Shown one piece after another: positions 1 through 9,411 of a DNA stretch of 64,000 nucleotides. The number at the start of each line of letters is the position of its first letter. The stretch's first letter is position 1. The stretch covers positions 34,020-98,019 of the forward strand of contig CAYNZP010000006.1 in the NCBI GenBank assembly GCA_964401835.1, given 5' to 3'. The DNA is from an uncultured Planctomycetaceae bacterium (GTDB lineage: Bacteria; Planctomycetota; Phycisphaerae; SM23-33). The notes under the pieces are model-generated. The model worked only from the letters and a program-made list of their open reading frames with translations, had not been told where the DNA came from and searched no databases. Both the position numbers and the translations under genes were made by a program.

Positions 1-2
1 AC

Positions 3-479
3 CATAGATTGAATATCGTACGGATAGAAGTTCCGCCACTGCGTAATCGGCCCGAAGATATTGAACCACTGCTGGACTTTTACCTGACCTTTTACGCTCA
101 GCAGTACAGCCTTGCTCGTCGTGAATTAGGGCAGCGATTGAGAAAACGTCTCACGGAATATCCCTGGCCGGGCAACGTGCGAGAACTCTGCGCTTATGTA
201 GAGCGGTTATATGCTACAAACCTGCCTCCCATGCCTCCGACCAGTAATTCCTGGAATAACGGCTATGTAAGCGAATCCAAGCCCATCGAGCCAGCGCCGG
301 GCCGGATGCCGCAGTTCGACAATTCGCCTGTTTGCTGTACTCTCGCCGAAGCGGAAGCTCAGACAATCCGCAACGCACTTGAGATGTCAGGCTATAACAG
401 ATCTGCCGCAGCCAGGGTCCTCAACATCCATAGAAGCACCTTAATCAGGAAGATTCGCCAGCTTGATATGGATGCCTGA
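3..479 (+). CDS. sigma-54-dependent transcriptional activator, C-terminal fragment (5' end lies outside the window)
   Basis: Translation carries the motif 'IEVPPLRNRPEDIEPLLDFYL', typical of the AAA+ sigma-54 activator domain. The C-terminus is a Fis-type HTH (AAARVLNIHRSTLIRKIRQL). The frame stays open to the window edge. Confidence 0.75.
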   Translation, partial: HRLNIVRIEVPPLRNRPEDIEPLLDFYLTFYAQQYSLARRELGQRLRKRLTEYPWPGNVRELCAYVERLYATNLPPMPPTSNSWNNGYVSESKPIEPAPGRMPQFDNSPVCCTLAEAEAQTIRNALEMSGYNRSAAARVLNIHRSTLIRKIRQLDMDA

Positions 480-816
480 TACGCAGCCGAAATCCTCGGA
501 CTGGTTTATTTACCTCGGGAGAAATTTGACACACACTTCTCCACAAAATGATATCCTGATTTGAACCATTGAGAAAATTTCCTAATCAAATCCAACCCAT
601 TCTTCCGAAATAATGCCAGTAACCTGCGGAAGATCACCGCGCCGTAACATGCGACACCCAGCGCCGCAAGCTGCAACAACAATTGTCGCCAAACGCGACA
701 CCTCAAAAGCATGCCAAAACCCGCCGAATCCTCCTCGATTTTTTTAAAAATTTATCTCCCTACAAAACAAGTAGTTAGGTTTTTATTTTTCAGAAAATCA
801 TCTTTAGGCACGCCCA

Positions 817-1317
817 TTGCTCTATATAAGGGCAGTTGAGGGAACTATATCGAGGAGCCTAATAGCTGTGGAACTACTGAGGGGTAGAAACACGGCGCGG
901 ATGAAGAGGTCTGCGCAGAGCGGTCTGTGCGTCGTAATGGCTTGCACGGACATGAGTGAAGCTGACCACGTCAGACGAGAGCTCTTAGAACTGAATACAG
1001 GATGCCTGGTTACCTACCGGCGGGCTGAAGATTTAATGCTTTATGCCCCGGCTGGAAAGGTAGCTCTGGTAATTCTCGCTACTAACGATACACCGGCTAA
1101 TTTGAGCCGGGTCCTCCAGTGGCTGCGGAATAAGTGGCGTCGTTGTCCGATTGCCGTAATAGGCAACGAGGGCGGAAACGATCACGAAGTTCTTGCACGC
1201 CAAGGTGGCGCGTTCTACTTGACTAGGCCGGTCGAACCTGAAACATGGTCCGCCCTACTCGCACACGTTTTGCGGGAGTCTGTCGAGCAGGAACAATTAA
1301 TAAGCCCAAAGGAGTAA
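817..1317 (+). CDS. hypothetical protein with a degenerate receiver-like (pseudo-receiver) fold
   Basis: Weak CheY-like layout (VVMACTD ... VALVILATND ... GGAFYLTRPV). The conserved phospho-acceptor Asp and Lys positions appear to be replaced. Start is uncertain. Confidence 0.3.
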   Translation: MLYIRAVEGTISRSLIAVELLRGRNTARMKRSAQSGLCVVMACTDMSEADHVRRELLELNTGCLVTYRRAEDLMLYAPAGKVALVILATNDTPANLSRVLQWLRNKWRRCPIAVIGNEGGNDHEVLARQGGAFYLTRPVEPETWSALLAHVLRESVEQEQLISPKE

Positions 1318-1701
1318 CTCGCTGCCGCTCGGTGGCGAGCTTATATGTTCATACGAGGAGCCTTAAAGGTGGTCACGCTTTGATGTGCTTGACTGCCAGG
1401 TAGCGACGAGCCTCACAGCAAAGGACGATTCATGGCGAAAAAAACAAGCGGAGTTGAGCGCCTGCTTGTCTTCATCCCCACTCCTCCTTGGGATGGATTT
1501 GTCATGGGTTCTTTGAGGTAGAGATCACTGTGAATTGCGAAAACCAGCGGAGATGAGCGCCCTCTGGTACTTTCTGATACTCCTCCATCAGATATTTCGC
1601 AACTTTTTGTCGAGCCTCACATTTGACAGAGGGGATCTCTACCAAGGCGAAGGGCGATGATGGTGCCTTGAGCAAGCAGCATCTCGCCCACTTTTATTCA
1701 A

Positions 1702-1741
1702 AAAGAAGGTCTTTCGTTCTCGCGGAAGGCCTTCTTTTTTT
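1702..1741 (+). terminator. rho-independent terminator-like hairpin (AAGAAGGTC...GGCCTTCTT followed by a T7 run); palindromic, so it could work on either strand
   Basis: Seen directly: ~9-bp GC-containing stem plus TTTTTTT, located 90 nt upstream of the pdxJ ATG. Confidence 0.5.
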
Positions 1742-1832
1742 GCGCATACAAAAATCATTTATGCTGACAATGCCCTCTGCTAAGTCTAAAATAACAGCCT
1801 TCTTACATGGAACACTTACAGGGATAATTTCT

Positions 1833-2558
1833 ATGGCAGGACTTGGTGTTAATATTGATCATGTTGCGACGGTTCGTCAGGCCCGCCAGACAGTTGAGCC
1901 GGACCCGGTATGGGCTGCGGCTGAGGCTGAACTTGGCGGTGCTGATTGTATCACCTTCCACCTACGCAAGGATCGCCGCCACATAAACGACCGCGATACG
2001 CGACTTCTGCGTCAAACGGTGAAGACAAAATTGAATATGGAAATGTCGATGGACGAGGAAATCGTCCAGATTGCCCTGGAAATAAAGCCTGACCAGGCCA
2101 CACTCGTCCCTGAAAAGCGCCAAGAGCTTACAACCGAGGGCGGCTTGGACTGTTTGGCAAATTTCGATCGGCTAGCGGAAGTGACAAAGGCACTTAAAGA
2201 TGCCGGAACTGTCGTAAGTGCGTTTATAGACCCCGTAGCGGAGCAAATTCAGGCCTCCAAGAAGGCCGGCTGCGATGCCATCGAGATACACACCGGCACT
2301 TATGCCAACGCAGCCGGAACGGCTGTACAGGAAACCATTGACGAAATAAGACAAGGCCTCGAGTTTGCCCTCTCAGAAGGCTTGATTGTACACGGCGGTC
2401 ATGGCCTTACCTATAACAACATTCACCCTATAGCAGCGATGCAAGGTTTTTGCGAATTCAATATCGGCCATTCGATAATTTCCCGAGCGGTCTTTGTTGG
2501 CATTCGCGAAGCCGTTGCCGAGATGAAAAGGCTGATAGAAAAGTCTGCAAAAGGCTAA
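1833..2558 (+). CDS. pdxJ: pyridoxine 5'-phosphate synthase
   Basis: N-terminus MAGLGVNIDHVATVRQARQTVEPDPV matches the canonical PdxJ N-terminus. Length is ~241 aa. The ORF-track start at 1623 is rejected because it runs through the terminator. An ATG at 1761 is an alternative start. Confidence 0.9.
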   Translation: MAGLGVNIDHVATVRQARQTVEPDPVWAAAEAELGGADCITFHLRKDRRHINDRDTRLLRQTVKTKLNMEMSMDEEIVQIALEIKPDQATLVPEKRQELTTEGGLDCLANFDRLAEVTKALKDAGTVVSAFIDPVAEQIQASKKAGCDAIEIHTGTYANAAGTAVQETIDEIRQGLEFALSEGLIVHGGHGLTYNNIHPIAAMQGFCEFNIGHSIISRAVFVGIREAVAEMKRLIEKSAKG

Positions 2559-2578
2559 AAAACGAAAGGTTCATATAA

Positions 2579-3469
2579 ATGGCAGAAAAGGTCCAATTCG
2601 AAGGTTCACTGGTAGCCCTGGTTACCCCCTTTAAAAATGGGGATATTGATTACGACGCTCTCAGAAAACTGATCGATTTCCAGATTGAAAATGGAACGCA
2701 AGGCATCGTTCCATGCGGCACGACGGGTGAATCTCCGACTCTGAATTACGAAGAGCACTACAAGGTTACCGAAGTAGTCGTCGAGCAGGCGGCCGGACGT
2801 GTTCCAGTTATTGCCGGTACAGGCAGCAATTCCACTGAAGAGGCTTTGCGTCAGACCAGGCACGCCAAAGAGGTCGGCGCTGACGGCTGCCTTTTAGTGA
2901 ACCCCTACTACAACAAGCCTACTCAACAGGGAATGTTCGAGCATGTCCAAACAGTAGCAGACGTGCACCTGCCAATTGTGCTTTACAACATACCCTCAAG
3001 AACCGGCATCGAGTTTGACGTCGAAACTGTTATCAGGATGTACGAGGAAATCGAGTTGGTCGTTGCCATTAAAGAGGCTACCGGCAAGCTTGACGTGGCC
3101 AGCGCCATAGCTGCCGGGTGTGACATAACAATTCTTTCCGGCGACGATTCACTCACACTGCCTATCTGCTCGGTCGGTGGTTCTGGCGTTATCAGCGTTC
3201 TTGCGAATATCCTGCCAGCCGAGGTCCGCAAGCTCTGTGACGCCATAAGTGCGTGGGACACGGCTGAGGCATGCCGGCAACACCTGAACCTGTTTCCACT
3301 TTTTAAAGGGATGTTTGTCGAGACAAATCCTATACCGGTAAAGGCTGCCATGGCGATGGCTGGCATGATCGAAAACGAACTCCGTCTGCCGATGACCCCA
3401 TTAAGCAATCAGTACAGAAAACCGCTCGCTGAGATGCTGAATAATTTCGGAGTAGAGGCCAAGGCTTAG
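2579..3469 (+). CDS. dapA: 4-hydroxy-tetrahydrodipicolinate synthase
   Basis: Motifs LVTPF, GIVPCGTTGE and active-site Lys in VVAIKEATG. SD-like AAAGG upstream of the ATG. Confidence 0.9.
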   Translation: MAEKVQFEGSLVALVTPFKNGDIDYDALRKLIDFQIENGTQGIVPCGTTGESPTLNYEEHYKVTEVVVEQAAGRVPVIAGTGSNSTEEALRQTRHAKEVGADGCLLVNPYYNKPTQQGMFEHVQTVADVHLPIVLYNIPSRTGIEFDVETVIRMYEEIELVVAIKEATGKLDVASAIAAGCDITILSGDDSLTLPICSVGGSGVISVLANILPAEVRKLCDAISAWDTAEACRQHLNLFPLFKGMFVETNPIPVKAAMAMAGMIENELRLPMTPLSNQYRKPLAEMLNNFGVEAKA

Positions 3470-3480
3470 ACAATCCTGTC

Positions 3481-5880
3481 TTATGCGCTTGTCGGTTCGC
3501 CGTTGAGGGCGGAGCTGCCGGACTGGTCGGCGGTTATCGACTGCTGCAAGGCCTGCCAGTCCTCAAGAGTCATGAGGCATTCTCTGGCTTGCGATCCCTT
3601 GTAGTCGCCAAGCAATCCTGAATCGGCCATCTGGTCGATTATCCTGCTGGCCCGGCTGTAGCCTATCTGCAAGCGCCGCTGCAATAATGAAACGCTGCCA
3701 CGCTGGCTGGCCAGGACTATTTCCACCGCCTTGTCGAACAGATCGTCTTTGTCCCCGCCAATCTCGCCGGATGGTCTGGAATTGAGCTTCATCAGTTCAA
3801 CGTTATATTGCGGATCACCGGCGGCGTTGCGCAGCTTCTTGACGACGGTGCGAATTTCCGAATCTTCCACGAATGTTCCCTGTGAACGGATAAGGTTGCT
3901 CGTGCCCGGCTGGAGGAAAAGCATATCGCCCTGGCCGAGAAGTACATCTGCTCCATTCTGGTCGAGTACGATTCGACTCTCCTGCCTCGATGCTACGCGG
4001 AAGCTAATTCGGCAAGGCATGTTGGATTTAATCAGGCCTGTAACCACGTTCACACTGGGCCGCTGCGTCGCAAGTACCAAATGTATGCCTACCGCACGTG
4101 CCTTTTGTGCGATTCTGATTATGTGCGACTCGACTTCCTTGCTGGAGGTCATCATCAGGTCGGCCAACTCGTCGATAATAATGATGTAATGCGGTATATG
4201 GAGCGGTATGCGGGCCTTTTCTTCGTCGGTCTCGGCATCGAACCGCTCATGAATTTCTTCCTTGTTGAGCTTGTTAAAACCGGCAATATTCCTGACGCCA
4301 GCTTCCTTGAATAACTCATAGCGCTCGTCCATCTTCGTCGCAGCCCATTCGAGAATTTCCTCTGCTTTGCGCATATCGTTGACAATCGGGCAAAGCAGAT
4401 GCGGCAGATTCTCGAACATGGCCATTTCGACCATCTTCGGATCGACCAGGATAAGCCGCACATCTTCGGGAGTCCTGGTCATCAACAGCGACATGATAAT
4501 CGCATTGATGCAGACACTCTTACCCGAACCGGTCGTGCCCGCGATAAGCATATGCGGCATGCCCCCAAGATCGGCGACAATCGCATCACCGCCGGCATCC
4601 TTGCCGAGGTAAAGCGGCAGGTACATCTGGGATTCCGACTGCGGGGACATATTCATCAGTTCTTTGATGCGGACCATTTCCTTGTCGAGGTTCGGAACCT
4701 CGATGCCGATGGTGTCCTTGCCCGGAATCGGCGAGACAATTCTAACAGCCGGCACGGCCAAACTACGGGCGATATCCGTTGACAGACTCGCTACATTGGC
4801 AACCTTGACGCCCGGTGAAACCGAAAGCTCGAAAAGCGTAATAACCGGGCCTGTCATGTGTCCGACAACTTCGGCTGCCACGTTAAAGTCGTTAAGCGTC
4901 TGCTGCAATACAGCCCTCTTTTCCAGGGCCTGGGCCTCCTGAAGCTCTTCGTAGCCGCCCTTCGGGTCGGCAAGTAAGTCGGCAGTAGGAAGCTCGTAAT
5001 TTTTCGCTCCCTTATTTTCAGGCTTTTTGACAATCTTCTTCTCAATCGGCCTGGGCTGAACTGGCTTGGGCCTGAGGCGTTGTGAAAGTTCCTTGACCTT
5101 TTCCTTCATGTCCAAGGCCGGCCTGGCAACTGGCTTGGGCTTGGCAACAGAGGTCGGAACGGCTGCGACCGCCCGGGGTGAAGCTGTCAGGTTGCGAGCA
5201 TCGGCAACGGCTGGGCTCTTTTCCCGCAGTTTTGAAAATATACTGGCCATTGATGGCAGATCGCTGCGCCGAGACCATACCTTCTTGCCAAAGCGCGGAA
5301 TTTGTAATACGAGATTCTCAGCTGTGAAAACCAGCCCAAGGCAAAAAGTAAGCGCTACAACTATCCACGCGCCCGGGCCAGCCAATTTTGAGAGCAAAAA
5401 CTCCCCTGACGCCGTTCCGAGTATTCCGGCAGGAAGAGCTGCGATATCGCCATTGCCGTCAGGGTTTTTCAGATAAAGTGCGGCACTGCCGGCAGCGATA
5501 AGCAGCGCCAAACCGACCACACGCCAAGTCAGATCTTTGATTCGTCCGCCAAGGACAAGGATAAACGAAGCAAAGCTGGCGAAAAGCAGTCCGATATAAA
5601 TACCGCTGCCCAGCCAATAACGAAGGAAATGCGAAATATAAGCACCAACCAAACCGGCTGCGTTGTCCACGGGACTTTGGGGCGGATATACGCTCTGCGA
5701 CGGCGGATCGGTCTGCGAAAATGTAAGCATACTCATCCAGACCAAAACCACCACCCCGGTTAGAACGAGGATAGAACAATAACGCCAGAATCGGCTACTG
5801 GCCTTTGGATGCTCAGCAGCGGTCTGTTTTACTTTTGCTTTTTTTGTTTCTCTTTTCGCCATCCCTAGCTTTTTCCTCAA
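3481..5880 (-). CDS. ftsK: DNA translocase FtsK (N-terminal TM region, Pro/Lys-rich linker, RecA-like motor, gamma domain)
   Basis: Walker [10 protein letters not shown], Walker [12 protein letters not shown], and a C-terminal winged-helix gamma domain ([23 protein letters not shown]). Confidence 0.9.
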   Translation of the reverse strand: MRKKLGMAKRETKKAKVKQTAAEHPKASSRFWRYCSILVLTGVVVLVWMSMLTFSQTDPPSQSVYPPQSPVDNAAGLVGAYISHFLRYWLGSGIYIGLLFASFASFILVLGGRIKDLTWRVVGLALLIAAGSAALYLKNPDGNGDIAALPAGILGTASGEFLLSKLAGPGAWIVVALTFCLGLVFTAENLVLQIPRFGKKVWSRRSDLPSMASIFSKLREKSPAVADARNLTASPRAVAAVPTSVAKPKPVARPALDMKEKVKELSQRLRPKPVQPRPIEKKIVKKPENKGAKNYELPTADLLADPKGGYEELQEAQALEKRAVLQQTLNDFNVAAEVVGHMTGPVITLFELSVSPGVKVANVASLSTDIARSLAVPAVRIVSPIPGKDTIGIEVPNLDKEMVRIKELMNMSPQSESQMYLPLYLGKDAGGDAIVADLGGMPHMLIAGTTGSGKSVCINAIIMSLLMTRTPEDVRLILVDPKMVEMAMFENLPHLLCPIVNDMRKAEEILEWAATKMDERYELFKEAGVRNIAGFNKLNKEEIHERFDAETDEEKARIPLHIPHYIIIIDELADLMMTSSKEVESHIIRIAQKARAVGIHLVLATQRPSVNVVTGLIKSNMPCRISFRVASRQESRIVLDQNGADVLLGQGDMLFLQPGTSNLIRSQGTFVEDSEIRTVVKKLRNAAGDPQYNVELMKLNSRPSGEIGGDKDDLFDKAVEIVLASQRGSVSLLQRRLQIGYSRASRIIDQMADSGLLGDYKGSQARECLMTLEDWQALQQSITADQSGSSALNGEPTSA

Positions 5881-6329
5881 ACTCCTGTATGACCAAATCC
5901 GCCCTTGCCGCGGTTGGTTTCGTCAAGCTTTTCCACCTGCACGACATCAGCCCGCGTTACCGGGGCAATTACCATCTGGGCAATTCTCATACCGCGTTTT
6001 ACAACAAAGGGCTCTCGCCCGACGTTACAGAGAATCACGCATACTTCGCCGCGATAGTCGGCATCAATCGTTCCCGGCGAGTTCGGCAGCGTAATTCCGT
6101 GCTTCAGTGACAGGCCGCTACGGGGCCTGACCTGCGCCTCATACCCGACCGGAATAGCCATGTAGAACCCGCAGGGAATAAGCTTTATTTCCCCAGGCTC
6201 GACAGGCACCTCAGCCTCGCAAGCGGCGCACAAATCCATGCCCGCCGCATGGTCGGACATATATTGAGGCAGCGGAACGTCCTCGCAGCCTTTCTTTTGC
6301 CTTATCTGTACTTTTATCGGACTGGCCAT
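5877..6329 (-). CDS. dut: dUTP diphosphatase
   Basis: Motifs [12 protein letters not shown] and [11 protein letters not shown]. The stop overlaps the ftsK start (ATGA). Confidence 0.9.
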   Translation of the reverse strand: MASPIKVQIRQKKGCEDVPLPQYMSDHAAGMDLCAACEAEVPVEPGEIKLIPCGFYMAIPVGYEAQVRPRSGLSLKHGITLPNSPGTIDADYRGEVCVILCNVGREPFVVKRGMRIAQMVIAPVTRADVVQVEKLDETNRGKGGFGHTGV

Positions 6330-6388
6330 CGATTTATCTCCATACTAAATGGCTATTGTTTGGAACCTGAATATGACAAATCACAATT

Positions 6389-7006
6389 CTAAAACAGGCC
6401 TACAATCGCTTCAGCCAGCTCTTTTTTATTGCGATTTGCCCAAGATAAAACTTCCTTTTCCTCTGAAAGGATACAAGCCTCGCTTTTTTCGCTGTCCATG
6501 GCAGCTGGAGTGTTTACTACTACGAAATCGGCGTTTTTGGTGGCCAACTCGGCCAGGGCCTTTTCTTCTATCTGCTCAAGCGAGCCATCTTCCACGCTGA
6601 AAGAGATAATTTTCTGATTAGCCTGTTTTTTCCTACCAAGGCCGGCCAGGATGTCGTCAGTCGGGAAAAGAGTAATTTGGACAGGCCCGCCGCTGCGGTG
6701 AAGCTTTGCGGGAAGAGTATTATCTACACGAAAATCCCCTACAGCAGCCGACATGACAAGCACATCGCAATCGTCGAAGAGTTTATCCAGCTCGCCGCCA
6801 AGATCATCGACAGTTACGAAAGGAACTACCTCGACACCATCGGGGGCTCGGCAGCTGCACTTGCCCAGCAGTAATGTTACCTCATGGCCGGCAGCGGAGG
6901 CAGCTGCGGCGACGGCGCAGCCCATCTGGCCGCTTGATGCATTGGAAATAAAACGCACAGTATCGATATACTCACGCGTTGGCCCAGCTGTAACGAGAAT
7001 CTTCAT
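6389..7006 (-). CDS. coaB: phosphopantothenate--cysteine ligase (CoaB domain) as a stand-alone ORF
   Basis: ILVTAGPTREYIDTVRFISNASSGQMG is the CoaB/DFP C-terminal domain signature. It is in the same frame as the upstream CoaC ORF but separated from it by two stop codons. Confidence 0.8.
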   Translation of the reverse strand: MKILVTAGPTREYIDTVRFISNASSGQMGCAVAAAASAAGHEVTLLLGKCSCRAPDGVEVVPFVTVDDLGGELDKLFDDCDVLVMSAAVGDFRVDNTLPAKLHRSGGPVQITLFPTDDILAGLGRKKQANQKIISFSVEDGSLEQIEEKALAELATKNADFVVVNTPAAMDSEKSEACILSEEKEVLSWANRNKKELAEAIVGLF

Positions 7007-7060
7007 GCAAATAGATTAACTTCTGGGCAAGTGGAGGTAAAAGAATTTCGGATTGCGGAT

Positions 7061-7651
7061 TTATCTTTTCTTTGGCGGGCGATTCAGAAGAATTGCCTTG
7101 ATAGCTTCGAATATGTCGGCTGGCTCGGACATTCTTCCCGGTCCAATGGTGCCGCAGGCAAGTCGGCCGGTTACCGGACCGATGGATTCGACGTTGACTT
7201 TATTGAGCCGTTCGAAATTTTCCTGCACAACCTGGCTGGACCACATGCGGGTATTCATCGCAGGTGCGATTAGTATCGGGCAGGCCCCGCTGGCCGAAAG
7301 TGCAAGCGTGCTGACAAGGTCGTCAGCCAATCCATTGGCCATCTTGCCGATGATGTTGGCTGTGGCTGGGGCGACGACCATGAGATCCGCTTGTTCCGTA
7401 AGCGAGACGTGTTGTGTGCTGTAGTCCTCAAGTGACTGCCACAAGCTTGTATGGACCGCCCTGTGCGTCACTGCCTGGAACGTCAACTGGCCGACGAACT
7501 TCTGAGCAGCCTCGGTCATCGCCACATCGACCTCGGCCCCGGCCTGGGTGAGCTTGCTGGCAAGGTCTGCAGACTTATAGCAGGCAACTCCACCCGTAAC
7601 GCAGAGCAGAACCCTGTATCCCGCAAGCGGCATGTTCGTTTTTTGGGCCAT
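7061..7651 (-). CDS. coaC: phosphopantothenoylcysteine decarboxylase (CoaC flavoprotein domain) as a stand-alone ORF
   Basis: YRVLLCVTGGVACYKSADLASKL is the flavoprotein/HFCD fold. It ends with TAA at 7061-7063. Confidence 0.8.
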   Translation of the reverse strand: MAQKTNMPLAGYRVLLCVTGGVACYKSADLASKLTQAGAEVDVAMTEAAQKFVGQLTFQAVTHRAVHTSLWQSLEDYSTQHVSLTEQADLMVVAPATANIIGKMANGLADDLVSTLALSASGACPILIAPAMNTRMWSSQVVQENFERLNKVNVESIGPVTGRLACGTIGPGRMSEPADIFEAIKAILLNRPPKKR

Positions 7652-7675
7652 GTTCTATTCTATTTCGCAGAAAAC

Positions 7676-7906
7676 CTACTTAAGGTCTTCAGGCCGAGGA
7701 ATGTCGGACTTTTCGTAATCGATGGCAATCTTGTCTTCCAGAATTTCCTGGATGACGATTTCCATGGTGGTCATGCCTTTGGGAACTTCGATAAGCGGCC
7801 TGGCACCCTGGATAATCTCGACCATACGTTTCTGGATTAAAGCGGTCAATTTGAATCTACCGCCGACCTTGTCTACGATTTCCTCGCTCTTTAGCGCTTC
7901 GATCAT
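7676..7906 (-). CDS. rpoZ: DNA-directed RNA polymerase subunit omega
   Basis: 76 aa with the omega-like motif [17 protein letters not shown]. Classic gmk-rpoZ adjacency. Confidence 0.8.
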   Translation of the reverse strand: MIEALKSEEIVDKVGGRFKLTALIQKRMVEIIQGARPLIEVPKGMTTMEIVIQEILEDKIAIDYEKSDIPRPEDLK

Positions 7907-8484
7907 ATCTTATTATACTCCTCGTTGATTATTTCAATTACTTGCCCGATTGCTTTTTCGAGCTCATCATTTACCACGTAAAACTCGTAAACACCGCTTT
8001 TTCTAGCTGTGTCGATTTCTTCCTGTGCTTTGTTCAGGCGTCTTTTCAGAGCTTCGGCATTTTCGCTTCCCCGGCCTCTCAGGCGGCTGGCAAGCTCGTC
8101 TACATCTGGTGCGACTATCATTATAAATTTTGCGTCAGGCTTTTTCTGGTGAACCTGAATGCCGCCCTGAACGTCAATGTCCAGCAAAACCGTCTTGCCG
8201 TCAGCGACTGACTCTTCGACAGATACCGCCGGCGTGCCATAATATTCGCCGAATACCTCAGCCCACTCCAGCATCTCGCCGTCAGCTATTCTTTTTTCAA
8301 ATTCGTCCCGGCTTACGAAATTGTAGTCTTTGCCATCCACTTCGCCTTTACGCTTGGGCCGGGTGGTAGCCGAAACGCTGAAAGTTGCGCCGCAGCGAGA
8401 GAGCACTTCTTTGACTATTGTGCTCTTGCCCACGCCGGATGGGCCGCTTATTACTACCAGTTTTCCCTTGCTACTCATTATCAT
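7903..8484 (-). CDS. gmk: guanylate kinase
   Basis: P-loop [10 protein letters not shown], plus [19 protein letters not shown]. Overlaps the rpoZ start. Confidence 0.9.
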   Translation of the reverse strand: MIMSSKGKLVVISGPSGVGKSTIVKEVLSRCGATFSVSATTRPKRKGEVDGKDYNFVSRDEFEKRIADGEMLEWAEVFGEYYGTPAVSVEESVADGKTVLLDIDVQGGIQVHQKKPDAKFIMIVAPDVDELASRLRGRGSENAEALKRRLNKAQEEIDTARKSGVYEFYVVNDELEKAIGQVIEIINEEYNKI

Positions 8485-8502
8485 TTAAAGCAGCCTGCCG
8501 GG

Positions 8503-9390
8503 CTACTCAATATTCTGCACTTGTTCTTTGATTCGATCGATGGCCGTCTTGATTTCCACGACCTTCTGGGCTATGTCGGCGTCATTGGCCTTGGAAGCTA
8601 TGGTATTTGCCTCCCGCAGCATCTCCTGGGCAATGAAGTCCAGCTTCCTGCCAGCCGGCTCGGAACCGTCAATCGCCTTACGCGCCTGTTTTATGTGCCC
8701 TGCCAGGCGGGAGAGTTCTTCGGCTATATCGCAACGCTCGGCGAAAATCGTAACCTCCCTGACAAAGCTATCGTGGTCTATATCTATCTTGCCGGCCCCG
8801 GTAAGGTCCTTCACACGAGCTACCAGACGGTCTTTATAATCCACGACTACCTGAGGGGCCAGCTTGGCGATGTCCGAGAGGTTTTCTTCTATGACCTTAA
8901 GGTTTTTCACCAAGTCAACCTCGACAGCCTTGCCTTCCTTGATCCGCATTTCGACGAGCTTATCCAGGGTCTCATCGATAAGCTTCAAAAGGCCCGAGCG
9001 TGTCTTTTCAACCACCTCTTCCATCGGCGGCGGCTCACAAACACCGGGCAACTGCAACAGCGAACCAAGATCTATGCGTAAAGTAGGGTTGGCCTCTATT
9101 TCGAGCGGACGCAGTTGGTCGATATAATTGCCCAGAGCAACCGCGTTGACCCGGTAGGAAGCCCGCTGGTCGGAGAATTTCATCTTCACGCCCAAAGTTA
9201 CAGTTCCGCGATAAAGCTTGCTGCGAAGTACTTTTTCTATCTCGCCCTCAGCCGAGGAGAAAAACTCAGGCAGCCTGATGGAAGCCTTGAAATAGCGATT
9301 GTTGACAGAACGGGCCTCGACAGCATATTCGACACCGTCGACTTCTCCCTGTGCGCTTCCGTATCCTGTCATAGATCGCAGCATATTCAA
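8503..9390 (-). CDS. yicC: YicC family stress-induced protein
   Basis: N-terminus MLRSMTGYG and overall YicC N/C domain layout. Sits in a conserved yicC-gmk-rpoZ context. Confidence 0.85.
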   Translation of the reverse strand: MNMLRSMTGYGSAQGEVDGVEYAVEARSVNNRYFKASIRLPEFFSSAEGEIEKVLRSKLYRGTVTLGVKMKFSDQRASYRVNAVALGNYIDQLRPLEIEANPTLRIDLGSLLQLPGVCEPPPMEEVVEKTRSGLLKLIDETLDKLVEMRIKEGKAVEVDLVKNLKVIEENLSDIAKLAPQVVVDYKDRLVARVKDLTGAGKIDIDHDSFVREVTIFAERCDIAEELSRLAGHIKQARKAIDGSEPAGRKLDFIAQEMLREANTIASKANDADIAQKVVEIKTAIDRIKEQVQNIE

Positions 9391-9411
9391 TGTCCCTTTA
9401 AAAAGTTGGTA

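Noticed and set aside
506-712. 68-aa minus-strand ORF in the intergenic region after the sigma-54 activator gene
   Set aside because: No homology, no RBS, Arg/Leu-rich low-complexity composition. It is probably non-coding, and the region may hold the promoter of the downstream gene.
1623-1832. Long N-terminal extension of the pdxJ ORF (six-frame start at 1623, or the ATG at 1761)
   Set aside because: PdxJ homology begins exactly at MAGLGVNIDH (1833). The extension runs through a strong intrinsic terminator hairpin and the repeated hairpin modules, so it is most likely non-coding leader.
3731-5779. Numerous 60-150-aa ORFs on both strands inside ftsK (for example 3731-4189+, 4399-4782+, 5066-5476+, 5459-5779-)
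   Set aside because: They are antisense or out-of-frame to a long, well-supported ftsK CDS. They have no homology and are typical GC-rich shadow ORFs. The same applies to the shadow ORFs inside priA, the M16 peptidase, the AsmA-like gene, the DUF11 gene, clpB and the KS genes.
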